DNA of 64,000 nucleotides. Source: Candidatus Acidiferrales bacterium. GTDB taxonomy: Bacteria; Acidobacteriota; Terriglobia; Acidiferrales; UBA7541. Made by a program: the position numbers and the translations under genes. The notes below the pieces were generated by a model, which worked only from the letters and a program-made list of their open reading frames with translations, had not been told where the DNA came from and made no database searches. The stretch spans positions 34,232 to 98,231 of the forward strand of contig DASYXV010000078.1 in the NCBI GenBank assembly GCA_035934545.1, read 5' to 3'. Each line of letters begins with the position of its first letter. Position 1 is the stretch's first letter. Shown here one piece after another: positions 44,910 through 53,743 of this stretch.

Positions 44910-47087
44910 ATGAAGAAGGTTGTTCTCATACTTGCTATTGCTTGCGTTTGTTTTCCTGCTCTGGGAGCGCAGAATCCGGAAGTTACGCGCTGGGAGCACG
45001 AAGCGCAGAACGTCACCATCATTCGCGATGACTGGGGTATCGCGCACGTTTACGGAAAGACGGACGCGGATGCGGTCTTCGGCATGGAATACGCGCAGGC
45101 CGAAGACGACTTCAATCGCGTCGAGACGAATTACATCAATGCGATGGGGCGGCTGGCGGAGACGGAAGGCGAATCTAAAATCTATCAAGACCTGCGGATA
45201 AAGCTGTTCACCGATCCAGTGACGCTCAAGAAACAATATGCCGAAGCTCCAGCGTGGCTGAAGACGTTGATGAATGCGTTCGCCGACGGCTTGAACTACT
45301 ACCTGTACAAACACTCCGAAGTGAAGCCGAGAGTCATCAAGCATTTCGAGCCGTGGATGGCGCTGAACTTCACGGAGGGGAGCATTGGCGGCGACATGGA
45401 GTCCATAAACCTCAATCAGCTGGCGGAGTTCTATGGCAAAGAGCATCTGGTTACGGCGGCGGCGCCGGAAATCGAAGATGGATCCGAAAAACCAACCGGA
45501 TCGAATGGCATAGCGATCGCGCCCGCGAACACGGTTGACCACCACGCCCTGCTGCTCATCAATCCACACACGTCATTCTACTTCCGCTCCGAGCTGCAAA
45601 TGGTCAGCGACCAGGGCCTCGATGCGTACGGCGCCGTGACCTGGGGGCAATTTTTCGTATATCAGGGCTTCAATCCGCACATCGGCTGGATGCACACATC
45701 GAGCGGCGTCAACGCCATCAGCGAGTATCTCGAGACTGTGGAGAAAAAGGATGGTCGCTACACTTATAGGTACGGGAGCAAGGAAATTCCGGTCGTAACC
45801 AAGCAAATCACGATTCCTTACACGACCGAACACGGAATGGCACAAAAACAATTCACGGTGTACTACACGATGCACGGCCCAGTCATTGGTGAACAAGATG
45901 GAAAATGGCTCACCATCCGCCTCATGCAGGAGCCGATCAAAGCGCTCATCCAGGATTTCACGCGCACCAAGGCCACAAACTACAAAACATTCCGCCAGAC
46001 GATGGAATTGCACACCAACTCGTCGAACAACACGATCTTTGCTGATTCTGACGGCGACATCGCTTATTTCCACGGAAACTTCATTCCGCGACGCGACACT
46101 CGTTTCGATTGGACGAAGCCGGTGGACGGCAGCAATCCTGCAACGGACTGGCGCGGCCTGCTGACGATTGACGAAACGCCGCACCTGCTCAATCCGCCGA
46201 GCGGCTGGCTCTACAACTCCAACGACGCGCCGTGGAATGCTGCAGGACCGGGCAGCCTGAAGAAAGAAGATTTCCCGATTTACGTCGAAACTGGCGGAGA
46301 ATCCGCGCGCGGCATCCACGCCGTTCGCGTTTTGTCGAACGCGAAAAATCTTACGCTCGACGCGCTGATCTCTTCTGTGGCGTTCGACAGCTACCTCCCG
46401 TGGTTCGAGAAGGCGATGCCCGCGCTGATGAATGCGTGGGACGCGGCTCCGGATTCTGATCCGCTGAAAGCGAAACTGGCCGAGCAAATCACAATTCTGC
46501 GCGGCTGGGATTATCGCTGGGGCGTGAATTCGGTTCCCACGTCGCTCGCCGTCTTTTGGGGCACGGATCTCTTGCGCCACTTCGGCCGCGACGCGAGGAG
46601 CGAGGGCATTCCGATCTATGATTACGTCTCCACGAAGGTCCCTGCGGGGCAGCTCTTACAATCTCTCGCCGCGGCCTCCGATCGCCTGACGGCGAACTTC
46701 GGGACGTGGAAGACGCCGTGGGGCGAAATCAATCGCTTCCAGCGCCTCGACGACGACATCGATTCTCATTTCGACGACGCACAGCCGAGCGTTCCCGTCG
46801 GGTTCACTTATTCGGGGTGGGGCTCACTGGCTTCATCTAGCGCGCGTCCCTATCCGAACACGAAAAAGTGGTACGGCACGAGCGGGAACAGCTTCGTGGC
46901 CGCGGTGGAATTCGGCAAAATCGTGCGCGCCAAGGCGGTCACCGCGGGCGGCGAGAGCGGCAGTCCCGCTTCTCCGCATTTCGATGACGAGGCCGAGCGA
47001 TACGTTACGGGCAACCTCCGCGATGTTTATTTTTATCGCTCGGAGCTTCAGGGCCACACGGAGCGTACCTACCACCCCGGCGAGTAG
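44910..47087 (+). CDS. Penicillin-acylase-family Ntn-hydrolase (S45; possible AHL acylase)
   Basis: Signal peptide MKKVVLILAIACVCFPALGA. The alpha-subunit begins ..TIIRDDWGIAHVYG... The autoprocessing site is a G|SN context (PTGSNGIAIAP). Size is about 725 aa. Confidence 0.8.
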   Translation: MKKVVLILAIACVCFPALGAQNPEVTRWEHEAQNVTIIRDDWGIAHVYGKTDADAVFGMEYAQAEDDFNRVETNYINAMGRLAETEGESKIYQDLRIKLFTDPVTLKKQYAEAPAWLKTLMNAFADGLNYYLYKHSEVKPRVIKHFEPWMALNFTEGSIGGDMESINLNQLAEFYGKEHLVTAAAPEIEDGSEKPTGSNGIAIAPANTVDHHALLLINPHTSFYFRSELQMVSDQGLDAYGAVTWGQFFVYQGFNPHIGWMHTSSGVNAISEYLETVEKKDGRYTYRYGSKEIPVVTKQITIPYTTEHGMAQKQFTVYYTMHGPVIGEQDGKWLTIRLMQEPIKALIQDFTRTKATNYKTFRQTMELHTNSSNNTIFADSDGDIAYFHGNFIPRRDTRFDWTKPVDGSNPATDWRGLLTIDETPHLLNPPSGWLYNSNDAPWNAAGPGSLKKEDFPIYVETGGESARGIHAVRVLSNAKNLTLDALISSVAFDSYLPWFEKAMPALMNAWDAAPDSDPLKAKLAEQITILRGWDYRWGVNSVPTSLAVFWGTDLLRHFGRDARSEGIPIYDYVSTKVPAGQLLQSLAAASDRLTANFGTWKTPWGEINRFQRLDDDIDSHFDDAQPSVPVGFTYSGWGSLASSSARPYPNTKKWYGTSGNSFVAAVEFGKIVRAKAVTAGGESGSPASPHFDDEAERYVTGNLRDVYFYRSELQGHTERTYHPGE

Positions 47088-47106
47088 GATCTATTTGGAA
47101 CGCGCA

Positions 47107-47928
47107 TCACATCTTGAAGATTGCGCTCATGTCGCGCGGATTGACCGCCACAGCGGAAAAAGCAAATGTGCCGCGATCCCGCATTTCGTGCGCGGCGCGA
47201 AGAAATGCACCGAGCGCCGTGCGACACAGAGCGCTGCCCACGCTGATGCGACGGACTCCGATCGCGGAGAGTTCCGAAAGACTCAGTTGAACGCCTCGCA
47301 GGCCCATGACTACGTTCACGGGACGATCCACGGAGCGAACAACAGAGGCGATATCGTCTTTGGTAGCCAAGCCCGGGGCATATAGAACGTCCGCGCCTGC
47401 TTCCTGGTAAGCCTGCAGCCGCTCGATCGTGTCCTTGAAGTCCGGCCGGCCATGCAGATAGTTCTCGGCGCGCGCGGTGAACATAAACGGAAATGGCAGT
47501 GCACGAGCAGCTTCCACTGCCGCGCGGACCCGCTCCACCGCATGTTCTATTGCATAAATGGGATCATCCGGACGTCCCGTTGCGTCTTCAATTGAGCCAC
47601 CGACAACCCCGGCGGCTGCAGCCAGGCGGATAGTTTCGGCAGCGATTTCCGGCGCGTCTCCAAAACCATTTTCGAGGTCGGCGCTGACGGGCAAGTCCGT
47701 GGCAACGACAATTGCGGAGGCATATGCCAAGGTCTCATCGCGACTGAGCATATTGTCGCACCGCCCGAGAGAGAAGGCGTAGCCCATGCTCGTCGTCGCG
47801 AGCGCTTCGAAACCGAGGTGCGCGAGCAATCGGGCCGTGCCGGCGTCCCACGGATTGGGAATGATAAAGGCTGAATCGCGCTCATGGAACGCGCGAAACG
47901 CCCGGGCTTTTTCAAGTTGGGTGGTCAT
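47107..47928 (-). CDS. Isocitrate lyase/PEP mutase-family enzyme (2-methylisocitrate lyase-like)
   Basis: Contains ..FIIPNPWDAGTARL.., ..PVSADLENGFG.. and ..GGSIEDA.., the characteristic TIM-barrel motifs of the family. Confidence 0.8.
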   Translation of the reverse strand: MTTQLEKARAFRAFHERDSAFIIPNPWDAGTARLLAHLGFEALATTSMGYAFSLGRCDNMLSRDETLAYASAIVVATDLPVSADLENGFGDAPEIAAETIRLAAAAGVVGGSIEDATGRPDDPIYAIEHAVERVRAAVEAARALPFPFMFTARAENYLHGRPDFKDTIERLQAYQEAGADVLYAPGLATKDDIASVVRSVDRPVNVVMGLRGVQLSLSELSAIGVRRISVGSALCRTALGAFLRAAHEMRDRGTFAFSAVAVNPRDMSAIFKM

Positions 47929-47944
47929 GGAGCTACTACCTCAA

Positions 47945-48280
47945 TCAAGCCTTCGCGGCCGGGATGCCGAAGGTGCCGTCAACAACTTCCAGAAACGTTC
48001 TCTCCTCACGGAGGATGATGCGCTTGCTCTGCGCCATCGTGAAATTTGCTCGCGATTCGGGATCTGTCCGCAAGCGGGCCCGGTAGGCCTCATAAGACGC
48101 AAGGCTGTCGAAAGCCACCAGCCCCCATGCGACGTCGTTCGTGCCTTCGAGGGGAAGGAAATACCCGACGAGGTGCCCGCCGAGCCGGGGAATGATCTTT
48201 CCCCAGTTTTCGGCGTATTTCTTGAATTCATCCCGCTGAAAAGGGTCTATCTGATAGCGAATGAAACAGGTGATCGTCAT
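47945..48280 (-). CDS. NIPSNAP-family (dimeric alpha/beta barrel) protein
   Basis: ATG 48280 follows GGAGAG. The ~110-aa sequence ..[52 protein letters not shown].. fits the family. It ends 16 nt before the next gene. Confidence 0.6.
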   Translation of the reverse strand: MTITCFIRYQIDPFQRDEFKKYAENWGKIIPRLGGHLVGYFLPLEGTNDVAWGLVAFDSLASYEAYRARLRTDPESRANFTMAQSKRIILREERTFLEVVDGTFGIPAAKA

Positions 48281-48462
48281 CTGCACTCTCCTCGTGCCGG
48301 AATTCGACGGCGAACCTCCGTATGGTAGAGCAAACACATCGTCAACTTCGCAAGGAACGCGAGGCCTCACGGCGTTTAATGCGATTGGCGGAGGCAGTCA
48401 TCGAACCCAGGTCGAGCAGTCTGCCAGTTGCCTGACGACAACACTTCGTTTATCATCACAAT

Positions 48463-49161
48463 ATGAATGTCGAGGGCCACGATGCTTCCGTATCGTTCAT
48501 CGCCGCTGCGATCGGCGAGCCGGCGCGGGCGCGCATGCTTTACTGCCTTTCTGACGGCCGTGCACGCACCAGCACGGAGCTTGCGGTTGTTGCGGAAGTC
48601 AGCCCGTCGACCGCCAGCGCGCACTTGCAGCGACTGAAAAACCAGAAACTCGTGAAATCATTCGCACAGGGAAAGCACCGCTATTACAGTCTGGAAGGGC
48701 CAAACGTCGCTGGCGCACTTGAAGCACTGAGCGTCCTTGCAGGCGGGGCGAACAACACGTTCGTGCCAAGTACGCCGAGCGGACTGCGCGCCGCGCGGAC
48801 TTGCTACGATCACATCGCAGGCGCGCTGGGCGTTTCGCTCCACGACCGATTCAGCGCGATGGGATGGCTCGCGCCTGTTTCGGGAGGCGAGCATGCGTAT
48901 GGCCTCACGCCAAAGGGAGTGAATGGGTTCGGAGCGCTAGGGATTGACGTCGAGGCGACCCGAGCGCTGCGCCGGCGCTTCGCGTTCGCGTGTGTGGACT
49001 GGAGTGAGCGGCGTCCTCATCTGGGCGGCGCGCTCGGAGCGGCGCTATTGAAAACGGCATTGCAACGAAAATGGGTGCTGCGCGATCTTGATGGCAGGGC
49101 GCTGGAAATCACGCGTTACGGGCGGCGCGAAATGCAGGAACGATTTGGCCTCTCCATTTGA
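48463..49161 (+). CDS. ArsR/SmtB-family winged-helix regulator with extra C-terminal domain
   Basis: HTH core is ..ARARMLYCLSDGRARTSTELAVVAEVSPSTASAHLQRLKNQKLV..GKHRYYSL. Confidence 0.75.
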   Translation: MNVEGHDASVSFIAAAIGEPARARMLYCLSDGRARTSTELAVVAEVSPSTASAHLQRLKNQKLVKSFAQGKHRYYSLEGPNVAGALEALSVLAGGANNTFVPSTPSGLRAARTCYDHIAGALGVSLHDRFSAMGWLAPVSGGEHAYGLTPKGVNGFGALGIDVEATRALRRRFAFACVDWSERRPHLGGALGAALLKTALQRKWVLRDLDGRALEITRYGRREMQERFGLSI

Positions 49162-49237
49162 CAATTTCCTGCCGCGCGAGAATCGCTCGGCACAGTCGTG
49201 AACTAGATGGAGCGATTCGGCTGAAAGCGAGTTGTTA

Positions 49238-50053
49238 CTAGCTCGTGATTTTTGCAGATGCAGCGCCCAGGATCTTGAGACTCTTCTTGTCCTGCACAAA
49301 GACTATCACTCGAAGGTTTTCCCGCTTCCAACTGGAATTAAGCTTCACTTTTGGAACGCCGGCAAAAGAATCGGACTCTTTGTTCGCAGCCGCGACGCCA
49401 ATCTTGTGCAGCGAGCGCAAAACGGCTGCATGCGTCAAGGCGTGGCCAGCATTCTCCCCCGCGGTGACGGACGAATGCAGCCCATCCTCTGTAATAGCCA
49501 GCCAGACTTCTGCATCATTGCCGGAGGCGCTGCCGACGAGCTTTCCCACGGAAACTTGAAAGGACTCTGAGTTCTTCGAATCGGACGGAGCCGGCGTGAT
49601 GCTTACAGACGTCTTCGGTTCGGCGACCGCTTTCTCGATTGCCATTTGGGCTTCGCGGCCATTGCTGCCGGTGAATCGGCTTTCGCCGTCTACCACCATC
49701 TCCGGCGTATAAGGGTCGTTGCTTCCCGCCTTGGCTTCGTACTCGCGCTGCCTGGTCGTCCATTCCACCGATGAATAGGGATCAATCCATCCCTGCTGGT
49801 TCCAATAATCCACGTGTTCTTCCAGAGTGATAATCTCCACACCGGGCAGGGGCTGCTTCTCCATCCTCTGAAGCAAGGCGTCTGCGGGCGGGCAAGTGGA
49901 ACAGCCTTCAGACGTAAAGAGTTCGACGACGACCGGTTTGCTCGTGGAAGGCGCTGCTGGCGCCTGTGTCTGAGCCCGCGACACGATCGCCGGATAGATG
50001 AGGAAGAAAAGTATGGTGGCCGGGCCGGCCAGTCTACCATTTACGTTTCGCAT
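49238..50053 (-). CDS. DUF1223-family thioredoxin-fold secreted protein
   Basis: Signal peptide, then VVELFTSEGCSTCPPAD (CxxC) and ..HVDYWNQQGW.., typical of DUF1223. Confidence 0.7.
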   Translation of the reverse strand: MRNVNGRLAGPATILFFLIYPAIVSRAQTQAPAAPSTSKPVVVELFTSEGCSTCPPADALLQRMEKQPLPGVEIITLEEHVDYWNQQGWIDPYSSVEWTTRQREYEAKAGSNDPYTPEMVVDGESRFTGSNGREAQMAIEKAVAEPKTSVSITPAPSDSKNSESFQVSVGKLVGSASGNDAEVWLAITEDGLHSSVTAGENAGHALTHAAVLRSLHKIGVAAANKESDSFAGVPKVKLNSSWKRENLRVIVFVQDKKSLKILGAASAKITS

Positions 50054-50356
50054 TTTCTCTCGAGCACCTTCGCTTTCATTCTGAAATCATAAGCACTATG
50101 TCGTGTTTCACGTCTTCGCTCGGATTTTACATATGATGCAATCATGACCAAGTTGGTTGACGACTTCCTTTATTATATCAGATTCTAATCTTGCCTTTGA
50201 TCGACGGACCCTCACTCCTCTGAGACATACCTTGAAGACAGAGGATACAGGTCAATCTGATGGCGGCGTTGCAAGGGGATGGGGGATACGAAGGGTACAG
50301 TGGCCGATACGATGCTCGCCCGCGCTGCAAGCTGTTCTTCTGGTTCAGCCGGGCAA

Positions 50357-51031
50357 TCAGCTCGATTGCACGACCCAGTTTTTCGGCTTCTCAAGAAACT
50401 GAAAACCGCACTGCTGTCCGGGAGTGCCGGGCAACTGGAGGTGAGCAACCCGCGCTTCGCCCACTAGTTCCGCGCGATTGTTCTGCAATAGGGAAACCGA
50501 AATCACGGAATCGACGCTCAGGGATGCGGTGCAACTGCACCGGAAGCCGCGCCCGCTCACATCTTCGGTGCTGGTTTTCAAGCGGAACGCCTTCCCCGAC
50601 GAATCTATGCCTTCGAGCTCAATGCCGACTTTCAGTTTGATGCGCGGCTCAGAACGGCGGTCGGCCGCTTTCGCGCCGAGAACGTCGTTCAGCTTGGCCT
50701 GCAGCGCATCGAAATCAATCGGCTTCTGAAAATACCCCTTGGCGCCGAGGCTCTTGCAAAACTCCTCGTATTGCGAAGCGCCCTCGCCGGAAATGATGAA
50801 GATGGGAATCGAGTGCGTGAAACTGAGGCGGCCCATGGACTGGCAGACCTCGACGCCAGAGTATTTCGGCATGCGCAGGTCGAGGAGGACAGCGTCGGGC
50901 CTGTCCTGAAGGGCGAGTGCAACGGCCTCTTCCGGCGAATCCGTCTCCGTGATCTCGTAGGAAGACTTCAAGCGAAACCGGATCAGTTTCCGAGTGGATT
51001 CATCATCGTCAACTACGAGGAGTCGCCGCAT
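50357..51031 (-). CDS. Response regulator with C-terminal PilZ domain (REC-PilZ)
   Basis: ATG 51031 follows GGAGGA. REC motifs are LVVDDDE and LDLRMPKYSG. PilZ motifs are RRSEPR (RRxxxR) and DVSGRG (DxSxxG). Confidence 0.8.
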   Translation of the reverse strand: MRRLLVVDDDESTRKLIRFRLKSSYEITETDSPEEAVALALQDRPDAVLLDLRMPKYSGVEVCQSMGRLSFTHSIPIFIISGEGASQYEEFCKSLGAKGYFQKPIDFDALQAKLNDVLGAKAADRRSEPRIKLKVGIELEGIDSSGKAFRLKTSTEDVSGRGFRCSCTASLSVDSVISVSLLQNNRAELVGEARVAHLQLPGTPGQQCGFQFLEKPKNWVVQSS

Positions 51032-51101
51032 GATTTGTTCCTCCATCCCCCATCCCGCCGCCAAATTCTGCCGGCTGAATAATTCACCTGGAGTTCCGCG
51101 A

Positions 51102-53003
51102 TCATTTCCCTTCCGACGTGAGAACTTGCCTCACCGTTCGCGTGAGCTCTTCCCATTTGAACGGTTTTCGAAGGATCGTCATTTTCGGATCCAAGACACC
51201 TTGAGGAGCAATTTCGCCGTCGGTGTAGCCAGACATGAACAGGACCTTCATTTTGGGGCGGACCGGCGACAATTTTTCCGCAAGGACCCGGCCGCTCAGG
51301 CCGGGCATGATAATGTCGGTCAAAAGCAGATGGATATCGTCATTCAATCCGCTCGCGACCTCCATTGCCTGGGAAGCGTCTTTCGCTTCCAGGACCTTGT
51401 AACCGACTTCCTGGAGGATCTTCTGCGTCAGCTTGCGAAGTGAATGTTCGTCTTCTACCAATAAAATTGTCTGTGTAGCGAGGACTTGCGCGGGTGCAGT
51501 CTCGATTTTTTGTGGAGCCGCCAGCGCTTCCTCGACCTGCGGAAGATAAATTCTGAATGAGGCACCATTGTTCGGCGAACTGTCCACCCAGATGAATCCG
51601 CCGCTCTGCTTGATGATTCCGTAGACAGTTGCCAGCCCGAGACCCGTTCCCCTCCCGCTCTCCTTTGTGGTGAAAAACGGCTCGAAGATGTGTGACTGCG
51701 TTTCCTCATCCATTCCGCAGCCCGTATCGCGCACTTCAAGCAGGATGTATTCCCCGGGAACAACATAGCGATAGCGTTCGCACTCTTTCTCGTCAAGCAG
51801 AGCATTGGAAGTTCGGATTGCCAGTTTTCCACCGTTAGGCATCGCATCCCGTGCGTTCACTGCCAAGTTGAGAATCACTTGTTCGACCTGCGAGGGGTCG
51901 GCTTTCACGTTGCCGAGACTGTGGTCGAGGGTGATATTCAACTCGATATTTTCGCCGATGAGCCGCCGCAGCATCTTCTCCACGTCGGAAACAACCGCGT
52001 TGAGGTTCAAAACCTTCGGTTCGAGCACTTGCTTGCGGCTGAACGCCAGAAGCTGTTTCGTAAGGGAGGCAGCCCGTTCTCCCGCTTTCAAGATCTCATC
52101 AACAGGTTCGCGCAGCTCGTCTTTCACTCCGATAGTTTGTTGTAATACTTGGCTGTAGCCGATGATCACGCCGAGAAGATTATTAAAATCGTGGGCGATA
52201 CCTCCGGAGAGCCTTCCAACTGCTTCGAGCTTCTGCGACAGGAAGAGTTGCTGTTCTAGCTGCTTCCGCTCGGTGATCTCACGGTTCACGATGACGAGCT
52301 TCTCGACCTCGCCCCGGAAATTCCGCACGGCGCTCGCGGTGGATTCCAGGATTCGCCACTGGCCGTTCTTGTGGCGGATGCGATATTCAACCCGTCTGCC
52401 TGAACCGGTTTCCTTGGCCTCTTGTGCCGCTTCCGACACCTTTTGCTTGTCATCTTCATGAATTTGGTCATAGGGGGAGGTTCGGCGGAGCTCTTCAGGG
52501 GTATAGCCGAGGAATTTCTCGTAAGCCGGGCTGTTGTACAACCGGTTTCCATTGACGTCCACAACCGCGATCATGTCTGCAGCATTCTCGCTGATCAGGC
52601 GAAACAGCTCTTCCCGTTCAATCAGCCGTTTGCGCATTCGAAATATTTCGAGCTGTTGATACACAACGAAGATGTCGAACAGCAGTATCATCGCGATTAA
52701 GGCGCGAGTGGATACTTCCAGGCCGGCACGATTGAATGGATCGAGCCCTGGCAATAAGGCGGGCACGGCGAAGGAGGCGATGGCGAGGCTGAGAAAGAGC
52801 GTGACAACCGCCCCCGACGACGACAGCCACCATTGCCGCCGCTCAATGCGATTGAATTCACCGCGCGCCGTGACAGCCTCGGATCCGCGCGCGCGGCGCA
52901 ACCATCTCAAGCGCTTTTCCTTTGGAACGGCTCCAGAAGAATTCACAATTGTTCTCCAACACACTTCAACCATCGTTGGTTCAAGGAAATCCCTCGGTTT
53001 CAT
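51102..53003 (-). CDS. Hybrid sensor histidine kinase (TM-PAS-HisKA-HATPase-REC)
   Basis: Two TM helices and a PAS domain (..[32 protein letters not shown]..). H-box [12 protein letters not shown]-box LAVNARDAM, and G-boxes RDTGCGM and GTGLGLA. C-terminal REC ([17 protein letters not shown]). Confidence 0.85.
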   Translation of the reverse strand: MKPRDFLEPTMVEVCWRTIVNSSGAVPKEKRLRWLRRARGSEAVTARGEFNRIERRQWWLSSSGAVVTLFLSLAIASFAVPALLPGLDPFNRAGLEVSTRALIAMILLFDIFVVYQQLEIFRMRKRLIEREELFRLISENAADMIAVVDVNGNRLYNSPAYEKFLGYTPEELRRTSPYDQIHEDDKQKVSEAAQEAKETGSGRRVEYRIRHKNGQWRILESTASAVRNFRGEVEKLVIVNREITERKQLEQQLFLSQKLEAVGRLSGGIAHDFNNLLGVIIGYSQVLQQTIGVKDELREPVDEILKAGERAASLTKQLLAFSRKQVLEPKVLNLNAVVSDVEKMLRRLIGENIELNITLDHSLGNVKADPSQVEQVILNLAVNARDAMPNGGKLAIRTSNALLDEKECERYRYVVPGEYILLEVRDTGCGMDEETQSHIFEPFFTTKESGRGTGLGLATVYGIIKQSGGFIWVDSSPNNGASFRIYLPQVEEALAAPQKIETAPAQVLATQTILLVEDEHSLRKLTQKILQEVGYKVLEAKDASQAMEVASGLNDDIHLLLTDIIMPGLSGRVLAEKLSPVRPKMKVLFMSGYTDGEIAPQGVLDPKMTILRKPFKWEELTRTVRQVLTSEGK

Positions 53004-53743
53004 GCACGCGCGGAGCCATTGCCGGGAGCCGAGTCTCTTAAATTACGGTGACTTAACTCATTAAGAATCTGAATTGCGTGGGAGGAATCATCCTTATGCG
53101 CGGGGCGACGGTTCTAGTCTCTGTTCCAATTCAGAACGAAAGTCCGATTTGAAACATCGCTGAATCCACTCCTGAATCGAATCCTGGAGTGTTATCAACT
53201 TCATTCGTCGAGCATTCTCCTGCTGACAATACTCCTCGATAACTTCCGCAGGGTGGAATTCATCCTCAAACGCTGCCACCAGAGATGTGAATTCCAAGCA
53301 GGACGTTTTGCGGCCAAGCAAATTTCGTCACGGCACGTATTGATCCACCGGCGCGCGCGTGGTTGATGAAACCCTATGGCTGCTCTCGCCGTCTCTACTG
53401 TGCGCCGTTCTGCGCGGCCCGTTTTTGCGTTCACTCAGAGTAGTCGCTCGGGCCTGCGGGGTGTGGGCCAAACGCGTCGTGGTATTCATTTTCGGGCGCA
53501 GATGAGGTATACATACGCCTCTTTTCGACCCAGCCGGCAAGGGGTGAAACTGTGAACGCACACCGAGTTTTTCATGCTTTGCGCCGCGCTTGTGTTTTGC
53601 GCGTTTTCAATCTTTGCAGGTCAGAAGAAATTGAGAAATTCTAAGAACGAACAGCCGAAGCCCGCGCGACCGGGAAACAATCTTTCCGGCATTTCGTGGA
53701 GACAAATAGATGGAGCTTCATTTTATCGGGATGGAGGAATCAA

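Noticed and set aside
44895-46580. 224-aa and 335-aa minus-strand ORFs inside the acylase gene
   Set aside because: Both are antisense to a gene with a signal peptide and an Ntn-hydrolase processing site. Their translations are Arg-rich and featureless.
50183-50190. Possible third copy of the TTCTAATCG box (TTCTAATCt)
   Set aside because: Only 8 of 9 positions match. The AAGTGCTTTGTTT box and the second copy at the proper spacing are both missing. It is most likely chance in an AT-rich gap.
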